A stretch of DNA of 64,000 nt, taken from contig CM030337.1 in NCBI GenBank assembly GCA_017654855.1, positions 2,852,001 through 2,916,000 of the forward strand, read 5' to 3'. The notes below the pieces were generated by a model. That model did no database searches. It was not told where the DNA came from and was given only the letters and a program-made list of their open reading frames with translations. A program made the translations under genes and the position numbers. Shown here piece by piece: positions 21,685 to 33,334 of this stretch (its first letter is position 1; every line of letters begins with the position of its first letter). The stretch is from Podospora anserina. Taxonomy: Eukaryota.

Positions 21685-23823
21685 TCACTGTCCATCCTCC
21701 AACACCCTCGTCCAATCCCACTTCCTCCACCTCTTTTTGAACCCCTCCACCCTCTCATCCCCCCTCGTCCACCTCCCCTGCTTCTTAATCACAGCGACAT
21801 CAGCATCCAACATCCCCCCAATGACCTCCCTAGCAAACCCATCCCCCCTCGGCCAACTCCCGCTATCCTCCACCACATGCCCCAACCCCCCATCAAGCCC
21901 AAACCAAGCATGAAAATACGGCATCTCCTTTGCAATGCTCTTCCGGAACGCCATCCTCCCAAACCCGGGCTCCTTGCTCTTTTTGAGAGTATCAATCACC
22001 TTTTTGTGCTGGGACCACTCCTCCCCCGCGCTCATCATCGCTTCCCTGAAAAATGCCGGTGCCGTATCCCCTAGTTCGTAAGGGATGGGGACAGCAACCA
22101 TAGCGGCGTGCTGCCTGCGCTGCGGGTTCGCGGCATTTTCGTAAAAAATGACTTCTCGTCCTTGGTCGTGATACATCCTCGTAAGCGACTTCATGAAATT
22201 CCTCATCTCCTCCCACTCATCATCGTCGCATTCAAGGAGATTTGTTCGATGCGACAAAGGGACGATGACGGCTCCGCCTTCCGCACCCGTCAGCTCCGGA
22301 GCCGGCGCCAAAGTGAGATACGTCCTCGTACCCAAAGAAACAACCGGCGCCACCGGCAAGTTTCCCGGCGGGTTCTTCTCCTCGTGATAACACAACGGAC
22401 AACTGTCCAATATCCGATTCAACTTCTTGTACTCCGTCACAGCGACATTCTTCAAGCTCGAGTCAGTCTTGTGCACCCTCTTCGCCAATTTCTCCGCATT
22501 CTCATCCAGATACTCCAAATCATTGTCGAACTTCCCATCCTTGGCGATCCTCTCCGCCAGACGCATCCCTTCCCCGCCGGCTTCGCCTTTTGTACGGCGC
22601 TCTTCGCGGACCATGTCGTCCAGCGTCATCTCGTCGTTTTCCACCACTGTTCCGCGCTCAAGACCCCGTTTGTTGGTTACTGGCTTTACTTCCCCTCTTG
22701 ACCCGCCGGCCAAGAGGCGCGAGTGGGAGGCGTCGAGGACTATGGCGTTGCTGGTTGCCTGGCCTGACTGGAACGCCGCCATGGCAGAGTTGAATTCTGC
22801 TTCCAGCTTGGGCACGTCGGGGGAGTTGCGGAGTTTGGCCTTCATGAGCTGGGCGCGGAGGCGGTTGAGGGCTGATTGATCCATGGGATGGGCAGGGGCA
22901 ATTTTGTCTTCGATTAAGACGCCTTGTTCCAGTTCGGCGGGGGGTTTGCTCAGGGTCGGGAAGCCAGGGGGTGGTGGTGCATTCTTTTGGCTGGCGATTC
23001 TCTCCGCGTAGAGCTCCCCGGTTGGCTTCTCCTTGCCAACGTAGCCGCTTCCGTAGACCTTTCTCCTATCCACTTCAATCTTTTCCTCTCGCACATCGTC
23101 AAAATCCCGGAGACTGCCAAAGCGCTCAATCGCGACTTCGTCCACTGGCCGGCCGGTTTCCTCGGCGATGGTGTAGACAGCCTTGAGCTTCGTCATGCGC
23201 CATTGTGACCCGTCGTCGCCAAAGGTGTATCTGACCTCCCGCGGCTTGCCGGTCTCTGGCTCCTCTGCCGGCTTATTGCTCGCCTCTTCCAGGCCCCTGT
23301 TTAGTTCCCGATGATGCAACACCCTCTTCGGCTCCTCCCTCACAGGCGAGGGACTTTTCCGTTTGTTACGCTGGACATAGTCAATATCCAGCGCAGACGG
23401 CGCCGTCATCCACGAGTCTCGGACCAATGACGACTTGGATTCACCCGGCGCGAGTTCCTCGTCTGGCAGTGGTAGGTCTTCTTTCGGGTCGGATGCTTTT
23501 AAATCCTTCGTGTCCTTCCCGCTGCGCCGGTGCCTGTCTCTGTCTCTGTCCCGGTCATCATCTCTATGCCGGTGTCGATGCCGCCTTGACTCGTCGTCCT
23601 CATCATCCCGGCGGTACCGCTTATGCCTGCGGCTCTCATCGTCTTGGTCGTCGCGTCGTCGTCTTCGATCGCTGTCTCTGTCGCGCTCTGTTGACCTGTC
23701 TCGTCTCGACTCTCGATGGTGGTGTCTATGTTTTCTGTCTCTGCGCTCCTCCTTTTCCTTTTGGCGCTCACGCTCGGCCCTTTCGGCAGCGAGAGACTTT
23801 TCAAAGTCTTCGAGGCTGTCCAT
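21685..23823 (-). CDS. CWF19: Pre-mRNA splicing factor Cwf19 (CWF19L2-like, CwfJ C-terminal domains)
   Basis: R/D-rich N-terminus, 'FGDDGSQWRMTKL', 'CPLC', 'ECDDDEWEEMRNFMKSL', 'APAFFREA…EEWSQHKKVIDT' and 'PYFHAWFGLDGGLGHVVED'. Likely start MDSLEDF at 23823. Confidence 0.92.
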   Translation of the reverse strand: MDSLEDFEKSLAAERAERERQKEKEERRDRKHRHHHRESRRDRSTERDRDSDRRRRRDDQDDESRRHKRYRRDDEDDESRRHRHRHRDDDRDRDRDRHRRSGKDTKDLKASDPKEDLPLPDEELAPGESKSSLVRDSWMTAPSALDIDYVQRNKRKSPSPVREEPKRVLHHRELNRGLEEASNKPAEEPETGKPREVRYTFGDDGSQWRMTKLKAVYTIAEETGRPVDEVAIERFGSLRDFDDVREEKIEVDRRKVYGSGYVGKEKPTGELYAERIASQKNAPPPPGFPTLSKPPAELEQGVLIEDKIAPAHPMDQSALNRLRAQLMKAKLRNSPDVPKLEAEFNSAMAAFQSGQATSNAIVLDASHSRLLAGGSRGEVKPVTNKRGLERGTVVENDEMTLDDMVREERRTKGEAGGEGMRLAERIAKDGKFDNDLEYLDENAEKLAKRVHKTDSSLKNVAVTEYKKLNRILDSCPLCYHEEKNPPGNLPVAPVVSLGTRTYLTLAPAPELTGAEGGAVIVPLSHRTNLLECDDDEWEEMRNFMKSLTRMYHDQGREVIFYENAANPQRRQHAAMVAVPIPYELGDTAPAFFREAMMSAGEEWSQHKKVIDTLKKSKEPGFGRMAFRKSIAKEMPYFHAWFGLDGGLGHVVEDSGSWPRGDGFAREVIGGMLDADVAVIKKQGRWTRGDERVEGFKKRWRKWDWTRVLEDGQ

Positions 23824-24853
23824 TTTCTGGGGTTGTTTGCTGGGGTTGATGGCGACGATGCATTGGAAATTTAAGAAGCCAGAGCCGCCAGTGACGTCGA
23901 GAACTGGGAGCTCCATTCAAATGTGCACCGTGCACGACGCTAGGATTATAGCGCCGATGCTTAGTGGGGTAGGGGTTGTACTAGGGGTGCCCCACTGTTG
24001 ACTTCACTTTTTGGTGGCATCCTCCCCCACTGAACTCCAACATATTGAGTTGAGCAACACAGAAGTTGGAGACACAGCGGCAGTGCTGAAAGTATGTGCC
24101 ATATCCTCTCATCATCTCGGAAGTGAATAACAACTTCTGACCACCACCTTTCCCCATCTCAAAACAACTCCAACCTCCAAAGTGGCTGAGCAAAACGGGA
24201 AGTAACCCTTCCGTTCGGCAGAGCCCATCCCCAACCTTCAACCTGACGTTGCCTCCCGCTGTCAACCACCTGTGACTATCCGAGTTTATCTCTGTACCAT
24301 TCCAAACCTCGTCTTCGGGTTGGTCTCGAGAGAAAAGGACGCTTATGACTAGCTTCATTGTCCCCAACTCATGGCCGCCATGTGGCTTTATCCTCCAACA
24401 ATGAATAGTCCCCTTCTCTTTTTGTTTCCACGTTTCAGGAATATCACGAGATGGTCCGGTTTTGCTCTATTGTCTCCCCGTACTCCCAGTTATTTGTCTT
24501 CCCGGCAATCTTCATCATTGAGATAGACTTGTCAGTGTGCAAGGAAGTACCTTGACCTAAAACCTCCGACAGACCGGTTTCCTTCCGGGCCCGCCCTAAC
24601 GCGGCCATCCCATCCCATCTCAGCCTCTTCCTGTGTTTCCGGGATTGAAACGTGCCGGTGTTGTGTCTGTCTGTCCTGACCAAATCTGCCGACCAGCCAG
24701 GTGATCTGCTTGTGTACTGTACCAAGTATCGAGCTTGCTAATAATCTCGAGCTGCGATGACTGATGTCTTTGCAGGAGTTAATCAGCATTTAATATAGCT
24801 ACAGGGCGCGCTGTGTATACTCGGATCCGATAGAGCTTGCTATCTTCGGCTGT

Positions 24854-24930
24854 GAAGCTTTTATTTAACATTGGTGTTATTTTCGCCCTGCGAAGCTTTT
24901 ATTTAACATTGGTGTTATTTTCGCCTTGCG
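24854..24930. repeat. Direct tandem duplication, 38-bp unit x2, in an AT-rich patch
   Basis: gaagcttttatttaacattggtgttattttcgcc(c/t)tgc starts at 24854 and again at 24892. Confidence 0.9.
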
Positions 24931-25613
24931 CTAGTTTGAGATTTGATAGTATTTGTTATTGCAAGCGTTTTATTTAAGCAGATCATAGTCTCAATAGCTA
25001 TTCTAATCATAGTAGCTCCCTTAATTTTGAGTGGGAAGATATACTGCGTAAGCGCCGGTAGGAACGGCAACTACCTTGGTGTCCTGTCGTCTCGTATGCA
25101 TCTCAGTGGCGGGCCGGGGGACAAGAACTCACCGCACCACCACACCATTTCCCACCAAAAGCGGTTTCTCGGATTAAAATGGTCAAAAAATGGAGAGATT
25201 GTCTCTGTGCCACGAGGCGACCGCGGTGGAATTGCGTCACTGTCGTTACACCGACATCTCTCGACGTAACTTCTCTTTCACACGTAGAACCGAGGGGTGA
25301 TGATGACTGTCGTGAAATCAGGCAACAGGTGAGAAAATGTAATGTATTAACCACAAAATTGAGAAGTGCATATTCCCAGCCCGTAAATCCCCCAACAAGT
25401 GCGAAAAAAGAAACAAAAAAAAGATCCCAAAACGCCGACTTGCTTGTTCATTCCCATCATTAACCTTGATCCATTCATCTCACAAAAGAGCAAAAAAAAA
25501 AAAATGAAAAATACACCCCAGGGTATAACCTAACATCAATTCCTACATCCCATCCCATCCATCTTCAACACCATTTTTATATCCTTCAATCAAAACCACC
25601 CAGCTACACACCA

Positions 25614-26993
25614 TCAATATCCATACCGCTGCTGCGTATACTGCTGCCCTTGCTGCTGCTGCTGCTGCCCCCCACCCGGCTGCAAAGGCGAAGGAACCTT
25701 TGCGTAATCAGCCGGGTTATACGCCGCATAAGGCGACTTCTGAATCGAATCATGCTTCCTCTGCCCCGTGTGATGCTCCTCATTCGTCTCCCTATGCGGC
25801 GCCAACTGCTGTTGCTGCCCTGGGTACCCCCCTTTCAGATCAGGGTTCGGAGACGTGATGCTTGACTGATAACTCGCCGGGCGTGAACCCGCATTCGACC
25901 ACTGGCCCTGCTGCGAGTGTGGACTGCCGTGGTTGGTGGGGGGGCGGTTTGGATCAACTAATGACTCCCGGTTAGCTGAGCTCGGTGTGGGTTGCGGTGA
26001 AGGCAATGGTGAATTAAATTTCGGGGTGCGCTGACCGTTGGCAAAGACAAAGTCGCCAGGCATTTCGACGGCAAAGTTGTTGTTGTTGTTGGTTTGGCCA
26101 GCCTCTACGCCATGGAGTTCCTGGGGGCCGTTATCATGGGGGATTTGCCCGTATTGGGGTGGTTGTTGCTGCTGTTGCTGGGCTGCTTGGATTTGCTGCT
26201 GGAGACCCCCCGGCCCTTGAGAGCCTGCCGTGCCGGGTCGTCCGTAGGGGTTGTGCACTGATGTGACTCTGGGGATTTGGTACGGCATTCTTGGTGAGTG
26301 CATCTGCGGCGGGGTGCTGCCGCCGTTGATAGACGGTGAGTAGTGAAGACTGGAAGGAGACGGCAATGGTGATCGTACAGTGTTGCGTCTGTCGGCTGGG
26401 TTGAGCGTCTTCAGCTTTCCGTCCTCAATCATGGCTGACAGCACACCGGCATCCAGCAGCTCGGCCTTCTTGATCATCCTCTGCACCATTTCGGCCGACG
26501 CCTTCTTCATCTGAGACCTGACATAGCTGACCATGGTGACGTTGCACTTGATTTCGATGTCCTCGCGGAGGTAGAGTCCGTCCGAAGGTACGCCTAATGC
26601 TTTGAGGCCAATCTCTGGCACCTCGGGGGGCTCGACACCGGGTTGGTTACCCGCGATGCGATAGGTGCTGCGCATGTCGATATTCATGGGCGCGTAGACG
26701 TGTGTTTGAAGTCCCCAGGGCATATCGTGAAAGCAGCCGTTGAACTTGATAGTCGAGGATCCCATCTTGCCGATTCCAGGTACGAGCTGGAGGCGCTCCG
26801 TGATCTCATACCAAGTCGAGTAATACTCATCGGTCTCGGCATTTTGAGGCGCCGCGATGGGCTTGTGGTCGATAACCAGCGGGTTGAGCGTGATGACTTC
26901 TGAATGGGAATGAAGAATATCAATGGCGAGTTGGCGGGGGATAAAGCCCGGGATGGGCGTGATGACGGTGAAGGTGTCCTTCTTCCGCAACAT
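25614..26993 (-). CDS. Conserved hypothetical protein: globular N-terminal domain (DUF7053-like) and a Q/P/N-rich low-complexity tail
   Basis: 459-aa ATG-initiated ORF with biased codon use. The N-terminus 'FTVITPIPGFIPRQLAIDILHSHSEVITLNPLV' resembles a fungal DUF family (from memory). Confidence 0.8.
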   Translation of the reverse strand: MLRKKDTFTVITPIPGFIPRQLAIDILHSHSEVITLNPLVIDHKPIAAPQNAETDEYYSTWYEITERLQLVPGIGKMGSSTIKFNGCFHDMPWGLQTHVYAPMNIDMRSTYRIAGNQPGVEPPEVPEIGLKALGVPSDGLYLREDIEIKCNVTMVSYVRSQMKKASAEMVQRMIKKAELLDAGVLSAMIEDGKLKTLNPADRRNTVRSPLPSPSSLHYSPSINGGSTPPQMHSPRMPYQIPRVTSVHNPYGRPGTAGSQGPGGLQQQIQAAQQQQQQPPQYGQIPHDNGPQELHGVEAGQTNNNNNFAVEMPGDFVFANGQRTPKFNSPLPSPQPTPSSANRESLVDPNRPPTNHGSPHSQQGQWSNAGSRPASYQSSITSPNPDLKGGYPGQQQQLAPHRETNEEHHTGQRKHDSIQKSPYAAYNPADYAKVPSPLQPGGGQQQQQQGQQYTQQRYGY

Positions 26994-27557
26994 GGCGAAT
27001 GAGTTGGTCCTGAACTCTTACGGTTGTATGAGAGAATAAAAGTTGGATATACAGTTCGAGATGGTGATGTGAGCGATTACCCGTTCCAGGTTGTTAGTTC
27101 TGGGGGATGCAGAATGAAAAACTAGAATAAAGCTGCCAGGTCGGCATGGGATATGGGGTAGGAGTGCTAAAAATGGTACAACAAAGAAGCTGTGATAGTA
27201 TCAAAGAGGGGAGAGGGCGTGGGAAGCGGGTTGATCAGATGGGACCTGGGGTTTCTTGAACAAACGGCTGGGCTCTGGGCGGCCCTCGCTGTGAGTGGTT
27301 GAAGCTGCAGGACTGTTGGTCGCTCCCTGCTGGGCAGATGGGACCGGGACGTCTGCTCAGCCCAAAGAGGCCGGCCCAAAGCCGCCAGTCGCTCAATCCC
27401 CCCGCCAAGTGACAAGGTCAATCAACTATCTGGGCTGGGACTCGGAGACCCTTTGTCCCGGAGAGCCGTCCAGCACGATGACGTGAGACGGACGGCCGCG
27501 CCTCTTGTACGTACTACTTAATCGAGTAGTTTGCCATGCTGCTCTCTATCACTGCCC

Positions 27558-27597
27558 TCCTCTACATCCTCTACATCCTCTACATCCTCTACATCCT
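27558..27597. repeat. 9-bp minisatellite (TCCTCTACA) x ~4.4
   Basis: Perfect tandem copies visible in intergenic DNA. Confidence 0.9.
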
Positions 27598-28155
27598 GTG
27601 ATGAAGTAATGAAACATGGACAAAAGCTCAGTCCTTCGTATGGGTAACTTGAGACAAGCTGGTGGTTTTGATCGCTGGTCAAGCTCTTTAGTGTGAGAAC
27701 CGTTAATGCTGTTGGGTCCACTTGACCCAAACGTGGAGGCCTTGGGTTTTTTGAATGTTTACCATGTGCGAGGAACCAGTGCACTGTCTTCCATGCCCGT
27801 GTAACCGAGAGTTGGGAGACGTGTCGCCAGCCCTTTTGTCAAGAGGCATATAGCTCATGTCGGTGGTGAGCATGAGCCCTCTGTTGGTGATATAAGTGAT
27901 AGATTCTGATAGGTCCCGAGTATCTGATACCCACGGACACATGGAACACTGACTGTTGACATTTCCATGCATCCATGCTGGGCTGGAGGCTCTACAGTGG
28001 GGCACACAGTGAATTTAGCGTTGCGGTGGAAGCCTTCCCAAGTTTTGTTTGCCCCACCATGCTCGGAACCCCGCCGTCGGTTTGATTCTGTCACTGGTGC
28101 TTGGGGTCTGGACAATATTCTCCCCATCCCAAAAACAACCAACCATACCACAACA

Positions 28156-29405
28156 ATGGCATCGACATCAGCAGACCCAGCGCAAACGCCAGAGACCAAG
28201 CCCCCCGTCGCCATCGTGGTGATTGGCATGGCAGGTTCGTGATGTGCGCCTCCGTTCCTTGCCCACCCTTCCACTAATCCAACATGACAGGCTCGGGCAA
28301 GACGACCTTCATGCAGAGAATCAACGCCTACCTCCACGAGAAGAAACAACCACCATACGTCATGAACCTCGATCCCGCCATCACCCACTCCCCCTTCCAG
28401 GCCAACATCGACATCCGCGACTCGGTCAACTACAAGAAGGTGATGGAAGAGTACAAGCTTGGCCCAAACGGAGGCATCATGACGTCTCTGAATCTCTTCG
28501 CCACAAAGGTTGACCAAGTCATGGGGATTCTCGAGAAGCGCGCCAAGCCCAACCCGGACAACCCTGCCCAAAAGCCCATTGATAAGATCCTCGTCGATAC
28601 GCCCGGTCAGATCGAAGTGTTTGTCTGGTCAGCTTCGGGCACAATTCTTCTGGAGTCGCTCGCATCATCGTTCCCCACCGTCATCGCCTACGTAATCGAC
28701 ACCCCGCGCACGAGCTCAACGTCGACCTTTATGAGCAACATGCTTTATGCCTGCAGTATTCTCTACAAGATGAAGCTGCCTATGATCTTGGTGTTCAACA
28801 AGGCCGACGCGAAGGACCCATCCTTTGCCAAGGAGTGGATGACGGACTACGAAGCCTTCCAGGCTGCTCTTGCCGAGGATGAGAACAGCAATGCCTTTGG
28901 TGGTGTAGAGGGAGGGGACGGTGCTGGGAGTGGGTATATGGGCGGTCTTATCAACAGTATGAGCCTGATGCTCGAGGAGTTCTACTCTCACCTCAGCGTC
29001 GTCGGCGTCAGTTCGCTCCTCGGTACTGGTATCGATGAATTCTTTGAGGCTGTTGCGGAAAAGACAGAGGAGTTCAAGAAGGACTACCAGCCAGAGCTGG
29101 ACCGGAGGCGCGAGGAGCGGGAGAAGAACAAGGAGAAGCAGCGCGAAAAGCAGCTTGCCAAGATGATGACTGACATGAACATGGGCGACTCGTCCATGTC
29201 CAAGGCTGTGGCCGATCTCAAGGCTGGCGACGAGGACGAGAAGGACGCCCCGACTCTGAGCTCTGACGAAGACGAAGACGAAGACGACATCGACATTGAT
29301 GAGGATGACCGAGAAGGGCTGCAAGCTAGATACTCGGCCGCCATGCAGTCGGACTCTGTTGAGACGGATGCTAGCTTTGCAAAGTATATTTACTCTCAGC
29401 GCTAG
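28156..29405 (+). CDS. NPA3: GPN-loop GTPase 1 (Npa3/XAB1), RNA polymerase II assembly factor
   Basis: 'VIGMA|GSGKTT' split by intron 28235-28290, 'NLDPA', GPN loop 'LGPNGGI', '[15 protein letters not shown]', 'NKAD' and an acidic tail. Confidence 0.95.
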
Positions 29406-29710
29406 GCGCACATGAGTAAAAGAGACTGGGCAGTGGGAGGAATAAAGGGTATATTTAGCATTTGACTCGGCGTTTAGACATGATACCAGGGTGTTTTTGG
29501 TAGCGGAAAAAGACGAAATTAAGTTTTCATGACCAGACTATATTCTGTTCCTGTCCAATGTACCCCCAACGCCATGATGTGCAAAATGCTGTTCCTGCCA
29601 CCGAGCCGTAGCCACCCCCTCGTAAGGTGTTATCTATGGCAGCTCCATCTTTATGTTCCTCAATCCCATTCGTGGTTTTTAGTTTTCGTTCGCCTGAGTG
29701 TATGAATCGA

Positions 29711-29985
29711 TCACCGAGCCTCGAACTGAACCATTCTATACACGAGATTTGTCAGCGTTTTGAGCGATGGACGGGGGAGAGGGGAGGGGGATGAACAAAC
29801 CTTCTGGTGCGCTCCTTGTAGAGGACACGGGCACCGCACTTTTGGCAGCGGATGGGAGCGCCCTTTTCGAGGGGGACGCGGACGGCGCAGTCGCCGCAGC
29901 GGTAGATCATTGTGCCCGAGCTGGCGGCGACGTCGTCGCGCTGGGAGAAGGCGCCCGAGGGGGCTTCGTAGTCTTGGCCGGACAT
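29711..29985 (-). CDS. RPB12: RNA polymerase I/II/III shared subunit Rpb12/Rpc10 (69 aa)
   Basis: Zinc ribbon 'YRCGDC…IRCQKCGARVLYKERTR', intron 29736-29800, then the conserved ending 'MVQFEAR*'. Confidence 0.95.
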
Positions 29986-30481
29986 TTCTTTTTCCTGGTT
30001 GACGACGGTGAGTGATTGGGTGTGAGTGATTGCTTGGGAAGTGCGATGGATTGTTTGTGGATGAGATGGTTGACGATAGCGAATGGATGGACGGAGTGGA
30101 GGGGCTCTATCAAAGACAGATTGATGCGCGCGCTGACTGACGGGAGAGCAGCAGCAAGGCAGAAAAAAAGGCGGAGGGGGGCGGCAAAACCTTTGGCGGT
30201 GGGAAACGGACGGTGAAACAGCAGGGATCACGTGGTAGTTTGGGGTGATTGACAGGGGGTTTCCGGCAGGCAAGGAGACCCCGGGAGACGACGCTATCGG
30301 GAATCGAGACCCGGGGAAGGCTGCTGTCAGGTGAACCTTGACAGCAGTTGCTTCCCTTAAACAACAAACGAGTAAATACTGTATATTTTTTTTTGTATAA
30401 ATTCTTGATACCCCAGACCTTTCACGGCTGGCATACCTCAAACATAACCATCCTTACCCTCCCTCACCAACAAAATAACCC

Positions 30482-31120
30482 ATGTCCTCCAACGACAACC
30501 CCCCATCACCACCCACCCAACCACTCCCCTCCCCCTCAACCTTCGACACCACCACCCCCCCCTCTCAAGAAACCGACTGCCCCTTCTGTCACATCTCCCT
30601 CACCTACCCCCCCTACCCCCCATCCTCCCCCCCACCCCCTGATTCCCTCTCCCCAACCCTAACCCATCCCCACCCATCAACCCACCTGATCCTCTCCACC
30701 CCCCTTTTGATCGCCTTCCTCGACATAATGCCCCTCTCTGTAGGCCACCTCCTCCTCTGCCCCCGCGCCCACCGCCCAAAACTAACAGACGTCACCCCCG
30801 CCGAATCCGCCGAGCTGGGGAAGTACCTCCGGATCCTCTCGACAGCAGTCTCCAGAGCGACAGGCATCAAAGACTGGAACGTGGTGCAAAACAACGGAGC
30901 GGCGGCGGCGCAGGTGGTGCCCCATTGCCATTTTCACGTTATCCCCAGGCCAGAACTGAGGGATAAGAGGAATGAGAGGTTTACTAGTACCATGTTTGGG
31001 CGTGGGCAGAGGGATGAGTTGGATGAGGAGGAGGGGGAGAAGCTGGCGGGGGAGATTAGGGAGATGGTGAGGGTGGTGGTGAGGGATGATGAGGAGAGGG
31101 AGGGGAGGGGCAAGTTGTAG
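30482..31120 (+). CDS. HIT-family (histidine triad) nucleotide hydrolase, Hint-like
   Basis: 'CPFC', 'AFLDIMPLSVGHLL' and 'QNNGAAAAQVVPHCHFHVIPR' (HxHxH). Confidence 0.92.
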   Translation: MSSNDNPPSPPTQPLPSPSTFDTTTPPSQETDCPFCHISLTYPPYPPSSPPPPDSLSPTLTHPHPSTHLILSTPLLIAFLDIMPLSVGHLLLCPRAHRPKLTDVTPAESAELGKYLRILSTAVSRATGIKDWNVVQNNGAAAAQVVPHCHFHVIPRPELRDKRNERFTSTMFGRGQRDELDEEEGEKLAGEIREMVRVVVRDDEEREGRGKL

Positions 31121-31435
31121 GGGGGGATATGAGCATGGATATGGGTGTTGATGGTGGGCTTGGATCAGCATGATGAAGCTATCATGTGTTGGGTGTGGAA
31201 CGAGGAAGCGAGGTGTGCGTTGAGATACCCCCTTTTTGTATTTGGCGTTGAAAGTTCCATGAGAAAAGGCCCCGGGGCGATCTAGTGGAGGATGGAAACA
31301 TGGCGGCGCGAAAATAGCAGCACAATTTCCCAAATGCTAAACACTCCGCTGGAGATAGAGTTCTCGATTGAAAATCCCCCACCCCCCTAAGCTACATAGC
31401 TGCCAACAAACAAGCGCAACTCGTCCGTCTCAAAT

Positions 31436-32465
31436 CTACTCATCATCCCCAAAGAAAACCTTGATCGGCAACCAATCATCCCCACACACCTTGAACCGGT
31501 CAGGAATAGCATCAATCTTCTTGACCTCCTCCTCAGTCAACTCCCAATCATCCAGCTCAAAGTTGGCCTTGATCCTCGACTCAGTGACGCTCTTGGGCAG
31601 GACACTCCACCCCTTTTGAACCCCCCACGCGAGCAGCACCTGCTGCGGCGTCTTGCCTTTAGCTTCAGCAATAGCCTTGATCGTGTCGTTGGTGTACAAC
31701 GGCGAGTCACTGCTTCCGAGAGGGGAGTACCCCGACGAGTGAATCCCCTTGGCCGTGTTGTAGGCGACCAGCTTAGGGGAGGGGTTGCCAGGGTGAAGTT
31801 CGATTTGGTTGACGGCCGGGACCATCTTTTCTCTCCATCAGCGACCCTTATCTCTCGAGATGGAATCAAAAAGAATGAACGTACCTTGCAAGAAGGATCA
31901 CCAAGAAGCCTCTCCAGGTTCTTAATCCCAAAATTACTAACTCCGATAGCCTTCACCTTCCCCGTCTCCACCAGCTTCTGCATCTCCCTCCACGTATCGA
32001 CAAAATCCCAATCCTGATACACCTCCCCCTTGCCCTCATTCTCCCCCTGCCTCTCCGGATCAATACTCGCCGGCCAGTGCACCAAGAACAAATCGACATA
32101 CTCCACCCCCAAGTTCTCCAAGCTCTTCTCCAACCCCTCCCTCACCCTCTTGTGCCAGGGGTTGTCCAGCTTGGTCGTCAGCCAGATCTCTTCCCGGGGG
32201 ACGCCAGACGCCTTGATCCCCTGCCCGACTTCCTTCTCGTTGCGATACCCAAAGGCCGTGTCAATGTGGCGGTATCCATTCCGAAGAGCCGCCTCAACCG
32301 CCTTTCCGACCTCACCGGGGGAGGACTGCCAGGTTCCGAGGCCGATGGCTGGGATGGAGAGACCTGGGACGTTGAGGGGGTACCGTTTGCTAAAAGTGAA
32401 CGTTAGTTAAGGCGGCGAAAGGGAAGAGAGCGGGAAACATACGTTGTCTTCTTAGTCGAAGCCAT
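31436..32465 (-). CDS. Aldo-keto reductase (Gcy1/Ypr1-like NADPH-dependent carbonyl reductase)
   Basis: 'IPAIGLGTWQS', 'GYRHIDTA', 'YVDLFLVHWP', 'KAIGVSNF', 'NQIELHP' and 'LPKSVTESRI'. Two introns (about 32392-32442 and 31826-31884). Confidence 0.92.
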
Positions 32466-33334
32466 TGTTGCTAGCGAACGCGAGATGGCCGGGTATGAGT
32501 AAATGGAAGACGAAGATCGAAAAGGGCGGAGACTTGTCCTGGCTACTTGTCTGGGAATTGGTCTCAGAATAGAGAGCATGGTACAGCGTAAGGTATTTCA
32601 GAGACAAAAACAGCCCTCTTATAGGTAGAACGAAAGGCTTCGGTTACCTTCTACTCTCCTAATAATTTCCCACCCACTCCCTCAGCTTATGACGTTATCA
32701 TATCCCCGCGCGCGGGATTCAATGAGGGGTTCGTCTGACCGCGCTACTGTACCTCAGGAGGAGCTTGAGCTCTGATGGTGACAATCTGGTGGGGTACAAG
32801 ACCTGCAGGCCGAGCTGTCTGGGAGGGGCTTCATTGGTCTTTTGTGTGTCCAAAAGGGGGCTTGACGGGCCGACACTGCGGGTGTTGTACAATACGAAAA
32901 GAAAGGGTGGAGATTCGAATACGTTGACATAGTCTCTAGAAAAGACAAGATGGACGATCCTCTATCGCGGCTGAAGCGTCTCTTGAAGAGAACATACCCC
33001 TGACCAAGTGTCATCATGCATGCAGGTACCCGAGACCCAAGCAAGGGGTCAAAGTCCGAGATCAACAAGAGCCGCACTATATCAGTCGTCCCATGATATA
33101 AATGAACCCCAAAAACTTTGTCATGCTTCGCTATAATAAAACAACTCAAAGATTAAAGCCCGTCTTTCTTTTAACACCCCCCCATCCAACACCAACAAAA
33201 AAACGCTGCTAAATTGACCCTCAGTACATCTGCGCTTTGACACCAGTAAAAAGATTCGAGTAATGAACCATAAAGTTCTTGATGGACTCGGCAGGCTTGG
33301 GCGAAGCTGTGCGATCACCGATGCGGTGGATTTC

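Noticed and set aside
30228-30234. CACGTG E-box between RPB12 and the HIT gene (another near 50628)
   Set aside because: A single hexamer is expected by chance, and nothing links it to the local bHLH genes.
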